This document shows positions 10,059 to 19,676 of a stretch of DNA of 32,000 bases, in pieces. The stretch spans positions 2,310,001-2,342,000 of the forward strand of contig NC_007614.1 of the NCBI RefSeq assembly GCF_000196355.1. The letters are read 5' to 3'. The position numbers were made by a program, and so were the translations under genes. Origin of the DNA: Nitrosospira multiformis ATCC 25196. Its GTDB lineage: Bacteria > Pseudomonadota > Gammaproteobacteria > Burkholderiales > Nitrosomonadaceae. The notes under the pieces are model-generated. The model had not been told where the DNA came from, searched no databases, and was given only the letters and a program-made list of their open reading frames with translations. The number at the start of each line of letters is the position of its first letter. Position 1 is the first letter of the stretch.

Positions 10059-10907
10059 TTAAACCGGACAGGATGCGGTTAGTAACTGGCTGCGGATGAA
10101 TTGTCTTGGCGACTTCATCTTCAGCCCCTTGTGAGGATGGAATTCATTGTAATCCTCGAACCATTGGGCAAGCTGCGCCATTACGGTTTTTGCGTCGGGA
10201 CGATCATGGACATAGACGTAATCCCGCTTGAAGGTTTTGACGAAGGCCTCGGCCATACCGTTGGATTCGGGACTTCTGACGGGAGTAAAACAGCTGATGA
10301 AGCCCATATCCTTTGCAAAAGCAGTTGTCTCGCTGGCGGTGTAACAGCTGCCATTGTCGCTGAGCCACTCCACCCTGTGTGGGAGCAGGTCAACGGTGCC
10401 GAAGCGCCGCTCAACGGATTCAGTCATCAGATCGCGCACCATTTCCCCAGTAATGCCGCCAGTGGTGGCAACATGGCTGATGACTTCACGATCACAGCAA
10501 TCCAGGGCGAAGGCAACACGCACTACTTGCCCATTCCAGCAGGGAATCTCAAAACCATCCGAACACCAGCGCAAATTGGAACGCAAGGTAATGACCTTGC
10601 CTTCATGAGACAGCACGCGCTGTTTGCCCGTATATCGGGCCAGCAGCAGGCCATTCTGGCGCATGATGCGATAGACCCGCTTGTGATTGACAGCAGGCTT
10701 GCCCATTCTCTCCAGTTTGCGGTTAAGGAGAGCGCAAATCCTTCTGTATCCGTAGGTCGCGCGGCAATCCACAATTTCGCGGATCAAGGGCAACAGCCAG
10801 GCATCATCAGCCTTGTTGTAGCGGCAACGAAAAGACTTTTCCTGCGGCTTCATCCGTTCCACAAGACGGGAGCGCGCCACACCCATGGTGTCTGCAATGG
10901 CCTTCAT
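10059..10907 (-). CDS. IS2-like transposase OrfB (rve integrase core)
   Basis: YGYRRICALLNRKL...NHKRVYRIMRQNGLLL...EWLSDNGSCYTASETTAFA...NGMAEAFVKTFKRDYV. Confidence 0.94.
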   Translation of the reverse strand: MKAIADTMGVARSRLVERMKPQEKSFRCRYNKADDAWLLPLIREIVDCRATYGYRRICALLNRKLERMGKPAVNHKRVYRIMRQNGLLLARYTGKQRVLSHEGKVITLRSNLRWCSDGFEIPCWNGQVVRVAFALDCCDREVISHVATTGGITGEMVRDLMTESVERRFGTVDLLPHRVEWLSDNGSCYTASETTAFAKDMGFISCFTPVRSPESNGMAEAFVKTFKRDYVYVHDRPDAKTVMAQLAQWFEDYNEFHPHKGLKMKSPRQFIRSQLLTASCPV

Positions 10908-11329
10908 GGCAAATCGTCCGGTGGCAGCAAGGGCATGCGCGAGATCAGTTTTTTTTCATGCGCAAGCTTCACCGCTTCCGTGAGAATCTCGTTCTCCAGG
11001 GTTTTCTTGCCCAGAACCCGCTCCAACTCCCGGATCCGCTTCTTCAACTCTTTCACCTCGGCCGCAGACACTACCGCATCACCACTACGCACTGCTTCTT
11101 GTCCGCCCTCAGCCATAAGCTTCCTCCAGCGAAATAACAAGCTCGGAGCAATACCATATTTTCGCGCCACATACGAGACACTCATGCCCGGCAAGCGGGA
11201 TTCCTCAACAGCTTTTAATTTCTCACCCAGGGTCCAGCGCCTGCGGCGCTCAACCCCGGTTACTACTTCAATACGATCCAAACCTGAAGCACTATGCATA
11301 GCACCAGGCATATGCCTATCTCCTGTCAT
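10904..11329 (-). CDS. IS2-like transposase OrfA
   Basis: RRRRWTLGEKLKAVEESRLPGMSVSYVARKYGIAPSLLFRWRKLM...ELERVLGKKTLENEILTEAVKLA. Confidence 0.93.
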   Translation of the reverse strand: MTGDRHMPGAMHSASGLDRIEVVTGVERRRRWTLGEKLKAVEESRLPGMSVSYVARKYGIAPSLLFRWRKLMAEGGQEAVRSGDAVVSAAEVKELKKRIRELERVLGKKTLENEILTEAVKLAHEKKLISRMPLLPPDDLP

Positions 11330-11599
11330 CAGTGCATCTGTGTCCGGTTCAATTGGGGGCTACTACAAAAAGTAAATTGCGACATCGTCCCATAGTAACA
11401 ATCTTTGAATACTCCTGTTTCGGCTAGAAAATTACTCAGCCTCAAATTGCCCATCCACAACAGGAAGACTTCCATCCCGCCCCATCCTTTTCCCCATTAT
11501 TTTGTAAAAAGCAGTCCTTCAGATCTTCGAGATGTCGAAGATCCTTACATAGAATGGAAGCAGCCCGTTTTTTCCCTCCTTAATCAATCTTTTAAATTT

Positions 11600-11615
11600 T
11601 GGCACGTTTCATGCT
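11600..11615 (+). promoter_or_regulatory. Putative sigma54 (-24/-12) promoter
   Basis: TGGCACGtttcaTGCT; GG-N10-GC spacing, about 70 bp upstream of the PEP-CTERM start at 11684. Confidence 0.7.
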
Positions 11616-11683
11616 TGTATTGATACAACCACACTTCCTGTGTGGTTGACCATTCAAGAAAAATATCAATACAAGAGGGAAAC

Positions 11684-12382
11684 ATGAATAAACTTATCGC
11701 AGGAGCGCTCACGGGTGCTGCACTGATGACAACACCGTTGGGAGCTTCTGCACTCGTCATCGACATCAATACGTATCTCACCGGCAATCCCGCCGGCAAC
11801 AATGTCACGGTTGCCACACTGACACTCACCCAGAACGGGAACAGCGTGGATTTCAAATTCGAGAATTTCGTGAGCAATCTCGGTGCAATCGGAGATGACG
11901 CGTTTATTTCCGGCCTGTTGTTCTCCTACGATGGCTCGCCTCAGCTTACGAGCAGCTCGTTTGGAAATTTCGGGGGCACGCAACTGGTAGCTGCCGCTGA
12001 TTTCGGAATAAATCCCCCGGGAAAAGATGCAGGTTACGATTTTTACCTGGACCTGGACTATCCTACGAGCAACAAGAATCCAGCGCTCCGGTTTACCGAT
12101 GGCGAATACAGTACATGGACGGTCAGCGCGGCAAACGGATCTGCTGTTCTGGTAAGTGATTTCACTACTCTGGTCACTGCTAATGGCAAACCTGCTTCGC
12201 TTGCAATGGTGCATATCCAGCAGGTAGGTGCCGGACCAGGGGGGTCGGGTTCTTTGAAATACGTTGGGAGCGAAGCCACTCCTCCGCAGGAGGATCCGGG
12301 AACAGTTCCGGAACCAGCGACACTTGCATTGCTGGGCTTGGGGCTGGCAGGCATGGGTCTGACACGCAGACGTAAAAAATAA
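11684..12382 (+). CDS. PEP-CTERM sorting domain protein
   Basis: Signal peptide MNKLIAGALTGAALMTTPLGASA; C-terminus TVPEPATLALLGLGLAGMGLTRRRKK. The ORF track start at 11642 is probably upstream of the real start. Confidence 0.93.
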   Translation: MNKLIAGALTGAALMTTPLGASALVIDINTYLTGNPAGNNVTVATLTLTQNGNSVDFKFENFVSNLGAIGDDAFISGLLFSYDGSPQLTSSSFGNFGGTQLVAAADFGINPPGKDAGYDFYLDLDYPTSNKNPALRFTDGEYSTWTVSAANGSAVLVSDFTTLVTANGKPASLAMVHIQQVGAGPGGSGSLKYVGSEATPPQEDPGTVPEPATLALLGLGLAGMGLTRRRKK

Positions 12383-12403
12383 CCCTCCATTTCCTTTCCC
12401 AAT

Positions 12404-12428
12404 AAAAACCCGCTTCAAGCGGGTTTTT
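12404..12428 (+). terminator. Rho-independent terminator
   Basis: aaaaaCCCGCTTcAAGCGGGttttt, directly downstream of the PEP-CTERM gene. Confidence 0.88.
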
Positions 12429-12539
12429 ATTTCCTTACTGAGGACGTTATCCACGACTGAACAACACTATTGTTAGTAATGATGCTTTAGTTATGCAGTT
12501 GGTACGTCTGCTTATGCCGGCGAGTCATAAAAATACCTA

Positions 12540-13382
12540 GGCTCAGGACTCATTAATTGAGATAGAAGATGACAGTTGCGGCGATACAGATGGCAGAGAA
12601 GAAGGTATGGGCACAGCGGTCGTAACGCATGGCGATCCTGCGCCAGTCCTTGAGCCGAGCGAACATGTTCTCGATCCTGTGCCTTTGCCTGTAGAGGGTC
12701 TTGTCGTATTTGATCTGGATTTTGCGATTCCTTTTTGTCGGTATGCAGGGCGTCATGCCTTTGGCACGCAACGCTGCCCGGAACCAGGCAGCGTCATAGC
12801 CGCGGTCTGCAATCAGGGTTTTGGCTTTGGGCAATGACGGCAGCAGCACACGTGCTCCCTTGTAATCGCTCATCTGCCCTTCGGACAGGAGCATGGCCAC
12901 AGGCTTGCCCTGACCGTCGCAGACCACATGAAGCTTCGAGTTCAGGCCGCCCTTTGTGCGACCGATACGGCGGGGAACATCCCCTTTTTTAGCAGGCTGG
13001 CTGCCGTGCGGTGGGCCTTCAGATGCGTGGCGTCGATCATCAGCCTCTCGGGCGTTTCCTCTTTACCGGTCAGTTCCACAAAGATGCGGTTGAACACGCC
13101 CAGTCGGCTCCAGCGCACGAAACGGTTATACAGTGTCTTGTGCGGCCCGTATTCCCTGGGGGCATCCTTCCATTGCAGGCCATTCCGAATGACGTAGATG
13201 ATCCCGCTGATCACCCGCAGATCATCAACACGGGGAACTCCGTGGGACAAGGGAAAATAAGGTTTTATACGGTTGAACTGTGTTTCCGACAGGTAAAACA
13301 AATCTCTCATGGCAGCACCTCCGCCATAAGTGAATCACATTTGATCCTATTCGTGAATCATGAAATTAATAGGTCCTGAACC
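12540..13382 (-). mobile_element. IS5-family (IS427-like) insertion sequence, 843 bp
   Basis: Ends GGCTCAGGACTCATTAA and (reverse complement) GGTTCAGGACCTATTAA; TA duplication at 12538-12539 and 13383-13384; DDE transposase inside. Confidence 0.88.
12553..13310 (-). CDS. IS5-family transposase (OrfA 12942-13310; OrfB -1 frame to 12553)
   Basis: NGLQWKDAPREYGPHKTLYNRFVRWSRLGVF, then GGLNSKLHVVCDGQGKP...LIADRGYDAAWFR...RIENMFARLKDWRRIAMRYD. Heptamer A AAA AAG at the switch (12984-12990). Confidence 0.92.
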
Positions 13383-14199
13383 TAACATGCCAACCATGAC
13401 AAGCGCAAGAACTGTGGGCTCCGGAATTCTGTTATTCGGCAGCTCGGCAGGTGGCAGTTCAAAATAAGCCTGATGCGTGAGTCCCTGATTACCCACGTTC
13501 AGGTATCCCGATGCAACAAGATCAGAAGAGGAATTGCTCTTTAACCAATTCATGGTCCAGTTCGCACCCTGCATGCTGAGTTCGTAGGTTTTTCCGCTGA
13601 GCACAAAATCTTTCACGAAGAAAAACCCGTTGAACACGCCATTCTTGAATTGTATGGATGGCCCGCCCAACACACCGTCATCTCCAAAATGGAAACCTAA
13701 TGGTTGACTTCCAAAGTCAATGTCGAAGATGGTGCTGTTTGAGGCGCCGGTAACTGCTGAGAGCGCAATGTTCACAGTACCGGTACCGCTCCCAGGGATG
13801 AGGCTTTGATCGAATAATACATTTCCGCTAACGCTGCCGGCAGCGCAACCGCTGCATGTATTGGTCCGCTGCAAGCCCAGGCTGTTAGCCAGCCCACCAG
13901 TGGTGAGAATCCCCCCGGAGAAATCGGCAGTCATATAAATAGGTGTTGCCTGAACAGCCGATATTGCAGAGAGCAATACTCCAGATGCAATTGCGTCGCG
14001 AAAAAATCTATTCACCTTACCCCCCATGGATAGTGAAAAAATAGAACCTGATGCCATCTTATCTACATCACACCAGATTCCTATTGGACTTAAGTACACC
14101 CTGTACTTTGGTACAGGAAAATGGGGAATGGAAAAACGGCCTTATCTTCACCGACAAGGGATGGGAATGGGTAGGATAAAAGCCAGGCAAACGGCGGGG

Positions 14200-14592
14200 C
14201 ATGCTGTACCGTGTGTACCATGGGAAAGGCTTGTCTCTGCGCTATCGACCGGAACGTCGCTCCAGAGCGCAGGTAACGCGGCCACAATGCAAGCCTGCCT
14301 CCGACCTGATCAGGCGTGGAGCCTGGATTTTGTGGTTGATCAACTCTCCAATGGAAATTGGTTCCGTTGCCTGATGATCATTGATGTCTTTACGCGGGAA
14401 TGCCTGGCAATTGAAATTGGTCAGCGGTTGTCAGGTACAGACGTGGTGACAGCGCTCAACAGGATACGCCAGAGCGGGCGCCTGCCTGGAACCCTGTTCT
14501 GTGATAACGGAAGTGAATTCACAAGCCAGATTCTTGACTTGTGGGCGTATCACAACAAAGTCAAAATCGAGTTTAGCAGGCCAGGAATACAA
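14200..14592 (+). pseudogene. IS3-family OrfB (rve) fragment
   Basis: [94 protein letters not shown], frameshifted at its start and truncated at its end. Confidence 0.85.
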
Positions 14593-14639
14593 TGAGAGTC
14601 ATCCTCACAGGGCACTTGGAGAAACCGCACGGCTGAATT

Positions 14640-14845
14640 CCCCCACCAGCACTGGTTGAAACAGGATTTCAGATGAGAAAATACGGCCGACGACTAACCC
14701 TGGAGTTGGCTACAAAAGCTGGGCCGATCAGTGACCCCGCTGACACCGTGATCTGTAAATAGCTGCTCGCATCCCCGGTTAAAGCATCCAGCTGCAGGTC
14801 AAGATTCTGATTATCGGTGGAAACCCGCACATAGCCGATTTTCAT
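14640..14845 (-). pseudogene. N-terminal remnant of a serine recombinase
   Basis: MKIGYVRVSTDNQNLDLQLDAL, then after a frameshift RGCEQLFTDHGVSGVTDRPSF. Confidence 0.8.
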
Positions 14846-15157
14846 GAATTTCTTCTCCCTTTCGCACAACCCTTACGCAACATCACGAAGCAAAAAAACG
14901 ATGCCTTGCATTTTCCGTTTGAGTGTAGCAAAAGGCCTCCCCTTTACTGCATCAACTAAAAAGAGATTTCAAGTGATTTGGCAGGATCGCACGCCATGAT
15001 AGGAAAGCCTGAAGCGGCTGGAATGATCTGTAACAAGCAGCAACGAGAAATGGGGATGGTGAACCTTACTAATGAATTCTTGAGAGCAAATGTGGGACGA
15101 AATACCAAAATGCGAACGGGAGCCAAGGCTCCCGTTTTGTTGACTTGGGCTTATTGA

Positions 15158-15697
15158 TTAAGCAAGAGACCTGCGACGAACTATCGCACCTATAATACCT
15201 AGCCCCACTAGCAGCATGGCGTAGGTCTCAGGCTCAGGAATTGCTGAAACACTGATCGCGCCACTGTATAAGCCACCAAGTGAACCGTTTGCAATCCCGG
15301 AGATACTTATATACATATTTCCCCCCAAACTTGGTTCCCCTGTAAAGCCGATGGTGTTGCCACCTGGAACCAGAAATGACGCAACATTCGTATCATCGCT
15401 GTTGAAAAGAATCCCATCAGCGTTCGAGTAAAGTGATATGGAAGAGATAATGGTATTGAAGTTCTCTTCTCCCGGAATACTAAGCGGAAAATTGAGAATG
15501 CTATAGCCCGATCCACTATTGGGCGGCAGAATGAAGCTGAAAATGTCATTAAAAGGTCCAGGGGATAAAACACTGCCGGTGAAGGTTGTAGGTATTGCGG
15601 GGTTCACATTACCTAAATCGGTTACCGTAGCATTGGCGCTAGCTGTCCCGATCAACATCAAGACAAAAACGATTTTCTTAAAAAAGGAACTGACCAT
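15158..15697 (-). CDS. PEP-CTERM sorting domain protein
   Basis: Signal peptide MVSSFFKKIVFVLMLIGTASANA; C-terminus AIPEPETYAMLLVGLGIIGAIVRRRSLA. Confidence 0.93.
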   Translation of the reverse strand: MVSSFFKKIVFVLMLIGTASANATVTDLGNVNPAIPTTFTGSVLSPGPFNDIFSFILPPNSGSGYSILNFPLSIPGEENFNTIISSISLYSNADGILFNSDDTNVASFLVPGGNTIGFTGEPSLGGNMYISISGIANGSLGGLYSGAISVSAIPEPETYAMLLVGLGIIGAIVRRRSLA

Positions 15698-15772
15698 ATC
15701 TTTACCTTTAATTATTTTTAGAATAAGTCATAAATTTAGCTAAGCAGTAATTGCTTAGCCGAAGGAAGGGCA

Positions 15773-15788
15773 AGCAATTTTTGTGCCA
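15773..15788 (-). promoter_or_regulatory. Putative sigma54 (-24/-12) promoter
   Basis: Minus strand TGGCACAAAAATTGCT, near-consensus with GG-N10-GC spacing, about 75 bp upstream of the PEP-CTERM start at 15697. Confidence 0.75.
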
Positions 15789-16873
15789 TTTATTATTAAT
15801 ATTTTAAAACAATTATTTATGATGTGAATTTGTAAAAACAGAGGGGAAATGTAAAAGTTACTGACATTCCCACACTGCTTCCCATACCTCTGGCATATGA
15901 CCAGAGATTATTTCATTGGCTGTATCGTACTTCCTATTTCCACCACTACCCCCATTACGTGGCAAATTCACCAGGTTAAAACCAGCCGGATCGGTCCTAA
16001 TTACTCTCTGGGCATTAGGAAGCATGCGGCCAAGCTCCTTCTCCAATCTCTCCTTTTCGGTTTATTCAAGAAGGCCCACGTCCTTAAGTATTGCTCTATC
16101 CTTAGCAGCGCTCTGGCTAGAACCCTACTATCAGCTTGGTATTTATCGATATAGTTATCCCACCGCTTAATCCAGTCGGCCCGTTCGGCTTTCGCCTTTT
16201 CATGATTTTCGAGGGTATACATTTCAAACCACCAGGAAATTCCGATCCAAATTCTCAAGTGTCTTACTTAGACCACTTTTCTACAATTGGACATAGGTAC
16301 ACTTACACTGAATATTCACCCTCCAGTCTCTCTGACCTTGCCGGGTGAGCCAACATCTCCGTAGCCCACGACCCACGCATGGGGGGAAAATACAAGGGAC
16401 GAAACACCCCTGTCCGGCAGGAGGTAGTCCGTCTTGCAGAAGAGTGGATGACGAAGACCGCTCTTGCTGGTCAACTAAACATGGGAGCCATTGCATACGC
16501 CAAAAAAGGGTTAACGAATGGTTGCACGCACGTTGGGAAACTTTGGTGGTAACGCCTCATGAAGCGCCTCTTTCTCAAGATAGACCCATTCCCCTTTGCC
16601 AGATGGACAACCTACTTGGGAACGCTCTTATTTTGATAAGCAATTCTTTTTTTATTGGTTCTGATAAGCAGATGATGGTGCTAAATTTCCTTCCTTGATT
16701 ATTATTTTTGAAGGAAATGAAAATGACGTTCGATAATTTCCCGTCTTGCTACTCACAGGTCAGGGCAGGATATACCCGTAACCCTGATCAGAAACGGTGG
16801 CCGCCTTTATAAAAGGTTGTAACAAATTCTCAGTACCCTATGCAGAGCAAGTCTTATTAGACAGGAGTGATCC

Positions 16874-17134
16874 ATGTTTGAATACGCCGTGTATATACGA
16901 ACCAGAGAGGGCTACATCACGCGCATGGATAACGTTATTTCCAACCTGGCTTACGATCCTTGGGAAACCTACGGTTCTTTGGCCCCTTACGTGCACGAAG
17001 AAGAACTCGTTGGCTTTCCTGAATCCGTAGTGCTTTGGGAAAACAGTACAGGACCAAGCGTGGGCATAGCCCCCATTAATCCTCATTCTCCCCCTGCTGG
17101 TAGTATCCTTCCCCCCGCCTTATCGGTGTGTTAG
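16874..17134 (+). CDS. Hypothetical protein, uncertain
   Basis: 86-aa open frame of plausible composition, no recognisable motif. Confidence 0.25.
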   Translation: MFEYAVYIRTREGYITRMDNVISNLAYDPWETYGSLAPYVHEEELVGFPESVVLWENSTGPSVGIAPINPHSPPAGSILPPALSVC

Positions 17135-17270
17135 AGCCAAAATTGCCTGCGCAACTGGCTTGACTTAAAGCCAGGTAACACCAATTCCTGTGTCTGTTCT
17201 GATGGAGGAAGCGGTGAACAAGCACCAATTTATGCTCGATCCATTTTGTGTTACTTGGAGGAAATTAAAA

Positions 17271-18368
17271 ATGACACCCGATAGTTCCCGTTTTGCTGTA
17301 GGTATATTTATAGTGTTGGTGAGTCTCGGCGGCGCCTACGCTACTCTGAATAATTTTTCCGATCGTCCTGCCGGCTCCGCTGAGCGGTTACACGAGGAAT
17401 TGAACGTCGGTTTTGCCTCTCACTGGAGAGCTCGGACGGGCGTGAACATCAAGGTCGATCAGGCCCGGAGCAGGTCGGGGAAGCCCGTACATATTACGCT
17501 CGATGGGCTTGATATTCCCGCCCTTGCGCTGTCCTACGATGTGGACAAGCTGCATGATAAGGAAAGATTTATTGCACCTGACTTCCGTCAGCTTTTAGCG
17601 CAGGATTTTCGGACTGGCTCTTATCCTTCCCCCTATACCTCGACCATCGTATTCCTGGTAAGGAAAGGCAATCCAAAGAAACTCAAGGACTGGGGCGATC
17701 TGGTACGCTCGGATATAAAAGTAGTTACACCCAATCCAAGGCATTCTGAAAGCGGCCGCTGGAATTATCTTGCGGCGTGGGGATACGCCGTGAGGCGATC
17801 AGGCGGCAGCGAACAAGCTGCGCGTGAATTTGTCAGTCAGTTGTTTGCCAATGTCCAGACAGTGGATTACGAGGGTAAAAAGCCGGGAAACTTGGGTGCC
17901 GCCTTTGTCTTTCGCAACATCGGCGATGTACTCCTCACCTGGGAAAATGAAGCGTACCTGATCGTTCAGAACAGTGGAGCCGATAAGTTTGAAGTCATCA
18001 CCCCGTCCATATCAATAGTGGCTGAACCCGCTATAAGTGTGGTGGACGCAGCTGCACGTGGGAAAAGCACACGCCGTGTAGCGGCTTCATACATCGAATA
18101 CTTATATACACCCCAGGCGCAGCATATCGCCGCCAAGCACTATTACCGTCCCCGCGATCCGGCCATTACCACGAAGTACGTGGACAGGTTTCCGCGCCTT
18201 GAGTTGTTTACAGTTGACGAGGTTTCCAGTGGCTGGCAGAAAGCCCAGAAAATACATTTTGCCAGGGGCGGTGTTTTTGACCAGATCACCGGTGATGTTC
18301 CGAATTCTGTCGCCGTGAGGGGCGCTATCGATAGGGACCATATTCAAGCCGGCAATGCTAAAGGCTGA
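17271..18368 (+). CDS. Sulfate ABC transporter periplasmic substrate-binding protein (Sbp/CysP family)
   Basis: LLNVGFASHWRARTG-like region, DGLDIPALALSYDVDKL, VFLVRKGNPKKLKDWGDLVRSDIKVVTPNPRHSESGRWNYLAAWGYA...NVQTVDYEGKKPGNLGAAFVFRNIGDVLLTWENEAYL...IAAKHYYRPRDPAI. The ORF track start at 17190 is likely too early. Confidence 0.93.
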   Translation: MTPDSSRFAVGIFIVLVSLGGAYATLNNFSDRPAGSAERLHEELNVGFASHWRARTGVNIKVDQARSRSGKPVHITLDGLDIPALALSYDVDKLHDKERFIAPDFRQLLAQDFRTGSYPSPYTSTIVFLVRKGNPKKLKDWGDLVRSDIKVVTPNPRHSESGRWNYLAAWGYAVRRSGGSEQAAREFVSQLFANVQTVDYEGKKPGNLGAAFVFRNIGDVLLTWENEAYLIVQNSGADKFEVITPSISIVAEPAISVVDAAARGKSTRRVAASYIEYLYTPQAQHIAAKHYYRPRDPAITTKYVDRFPRLELFTVDEVSSGWQKAQKIHFARGGVFDQITGDVPNSVAVRGAIDRDHIQAGNAKG

Positions 18369-18451
18369 ACAGCAAATGACAAGGAAAAACGGGAAGCTGG
18401 CTGACAAAGCCATCCTGGACTTTCCCTTGTACAAAAATTCCCATCCAACCA

Positions 18452-18477
18452 CTACAGGCCCTTTGCAGGGCCTGTAG
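18452..18477. terminator. Strong hairpin downstream of the sulfate-binding protein, possible terminator
   Basis: CTACAGGCCC-tttgca-GGGCCTGTAG, perfect 10-bp stem, no U tract. Confidence 0.5.
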
Positions 18478-18499
18478 CTATCGGGCTCAGTACCTATTC

Positions 18500-18881
18500 T
18501 GCGGCAGGAGTAGACTCCACCTTTAAATTATCCGGCACCACCGCGAGCCGGATAAAGCCTGTTCCGCTTGCCGCACCAGATCGACTTTCTTGAGTCCGTT
18601 CATCCTTTGCCCGTGTTGCGACGCTACCGCCTCAGCCACAAGCCATAGCCTCCCTGGCAGAAACCCGCACCGATGTATCCGTGCTCTCGCGCTTCATCGA
18701 ACAGTGTCGACTCTGGGGGGGCAAAAGATGACGTACTCGCCCTTTTCCACCGGAGCGTCAGTTACGTGATACAGACTAATGGGAATGCTTCTGGTGACAT
18801 TGGCGCGCAGGCCTGTAGCATGGAAGATGAGCCCCAGCACCAGCAGGCCGAGCGCACGTATCCGATTCTTTGACTGGCCAT
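18500..18881 (-). pseudogene. TraF-like conjugative transfer peptidase (S26 family) remnant
   Basis: Minus strand: RIRALGLLVLGLIFHATGLRANVTRSIPISLYHVTDAPVEKGEYVIFCPPE-(shift)-STLFDEAREHGYIGAGFCQGGYGLWLRR-stop. Frameshift lies at a C7 run (top-strand G7, 18715-18721). Confidence 0.75.
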
Positions 18882-19040
18882 GACTCTCCCGTCACATAAT
18901 GTCCGGATAGAGTCCATAGCTCTTACCAAGGACTGTCAATCAATAATAATTTTGAGTCTATCTTGACAAAAAACAGGAGAAAAAGTGTCAGGCAGATTTG
19001 TCAGGATTGGGTGTACCCGAATCTGACATTAATTTCCTTT

Positions 19041-19068
19041 TATTGTAGCTCAAGTGAGCTACAATAAT
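19041..19068. promoter_or_regulatory. Probable toxin-antitoxin operator, perfect palindrome
   Basis: TTATTGTAGCTC-aagt-GAGCTACAATAA, 12-bp arms, 25 bp before the antitoxin start. Confidence 0.82.
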
Positions 19069-19093
19069 TATTTTTACACATGGAGAAATAACC

Positions 19094-19369
19094 ATGTCCA
19101 AAACCGACATCGTGCGCGCCCGAATTGACGCACAAGTGAAAGAAGAAGCAAGCCGAGTATTGGGAGAAATGGGCCTGACACCCTCAGACGGCATACGCAT
19201 GTTTTTAACAAGTGTGGCCAAGAAAAAAGAGTTGCCGTTTCACCCCATGGATTTCTTCGAACCGAATGCCGAAACCATTGCCGCCATGGAAGAAGTAGAA
19301 CGCGAGGAAAATATAACGGCGTGTGAAACAGTCGAAGAATTAATGGAACAATTGAATGCGCCGGATTAA
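19094..19369 (+). CDS. RelB/DinJ-family antitoxin
   Basis: MSKTDIVRARIDAQVKEEASRVLGEMGLTPSDGIRMFLTSVAKKKELPF, classic DinJ/RelB N-terminus. Confidence 0.93.
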   Translation: MSKTDIVRARIDAQVKEEASRVLGEMGLTPSDGIRMFLTSVAKKKELPFHPMDFFEPNAETIAAMEEVEREENITACETVEELMEQLNAPD

Positions 19370-19637
19370 GTTTTCGCACACCTTCAAGCGCGATTTCCGG
19401 CGCGTGAAGTCTCAGTCACCACATCGGGACATTGACTCTCTGCTGAAAACTACAATGGACTTGTTGGTAACTGATATGCCTTTGCCAGCAAGCTGCGTTG
19501 ACCACGCCTTGAAGGGAAAATTGAAAGGGTATCGGGATTGCCACATTAAACCAGATGTGGTGTTGATTTATCGCAAGCAAGGCAATGACGTTCTCGAACT
19601 CGTACGCCTCGGCTCACATAGCGAACTTGGCATTTAG
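19356..19637 (+). CDS. YafQ/RelE-family mRNA interferase toxin
   Basis: SHTFKRDFRRVKSQ...LPASCVDHALKGKLKGYRDCHIKPDVVLIYRKQGNDVLELVRLGSHSELG; overlaps the antitoxin gene. Confidence 0.93.
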   Translation: MRRIKFSHTFKRDFRRVKSQSPHRDIDSLLKTTMDLLVTDMPLPASCVDHALKGKLKGYRDCHIKPDVVLIYRKQGNDVLELVRLGSHSELGI

Positions 19638-19676
19638 CGGGTAAGGCAAGTTTAGGGCACCAGCATCCTTCCGCGG

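Larger units (their letters stand above)
10045..11367 (-). mobile_element. IS3-family IS2-like insertion sequence, 1323 bp
   Basis: Left end TGGAGTTGCCCCTATTAAACCGGACA, right end (reverse complement) TGTAGTAGCCCCCAATTGAACCGGACA; 5-bp AAAAG duplication at 10040-10044 and 11368-11372. Confidence 0.9.
12487..14057 (-). pseudogene. PEP-CTERM protein gene whose sorting tail is split by the IS5-family element at 12540-13382
   Basis: Remaining ORF 13347-14099 ends IPEPTVLALVMVGMLG then reads into the IS. The missing tail GIFMTRRHKQTYQLHN-stop lies in frame on the far side of the IS. Confidence 0.87.

Noticed and set aside
10101-11375. 424-aa plus-strand ORF antisense to the IS2-like transposase
   Set aside because: Antisense read-through of both transposase frames; the minus-strand products are clear OrfA and OrfB.
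11666-12454. 262-aa minus-strand ORF
   Set aside because: Antisense to the PEP-CTERM gene, with no recognisable domain.
16001-16700. ORFs 16001-16258 (-) and 16345-16698 (+) as possible genes
   Set aside because: No motif and no strong start signal; the evidence is insufficient to call them.
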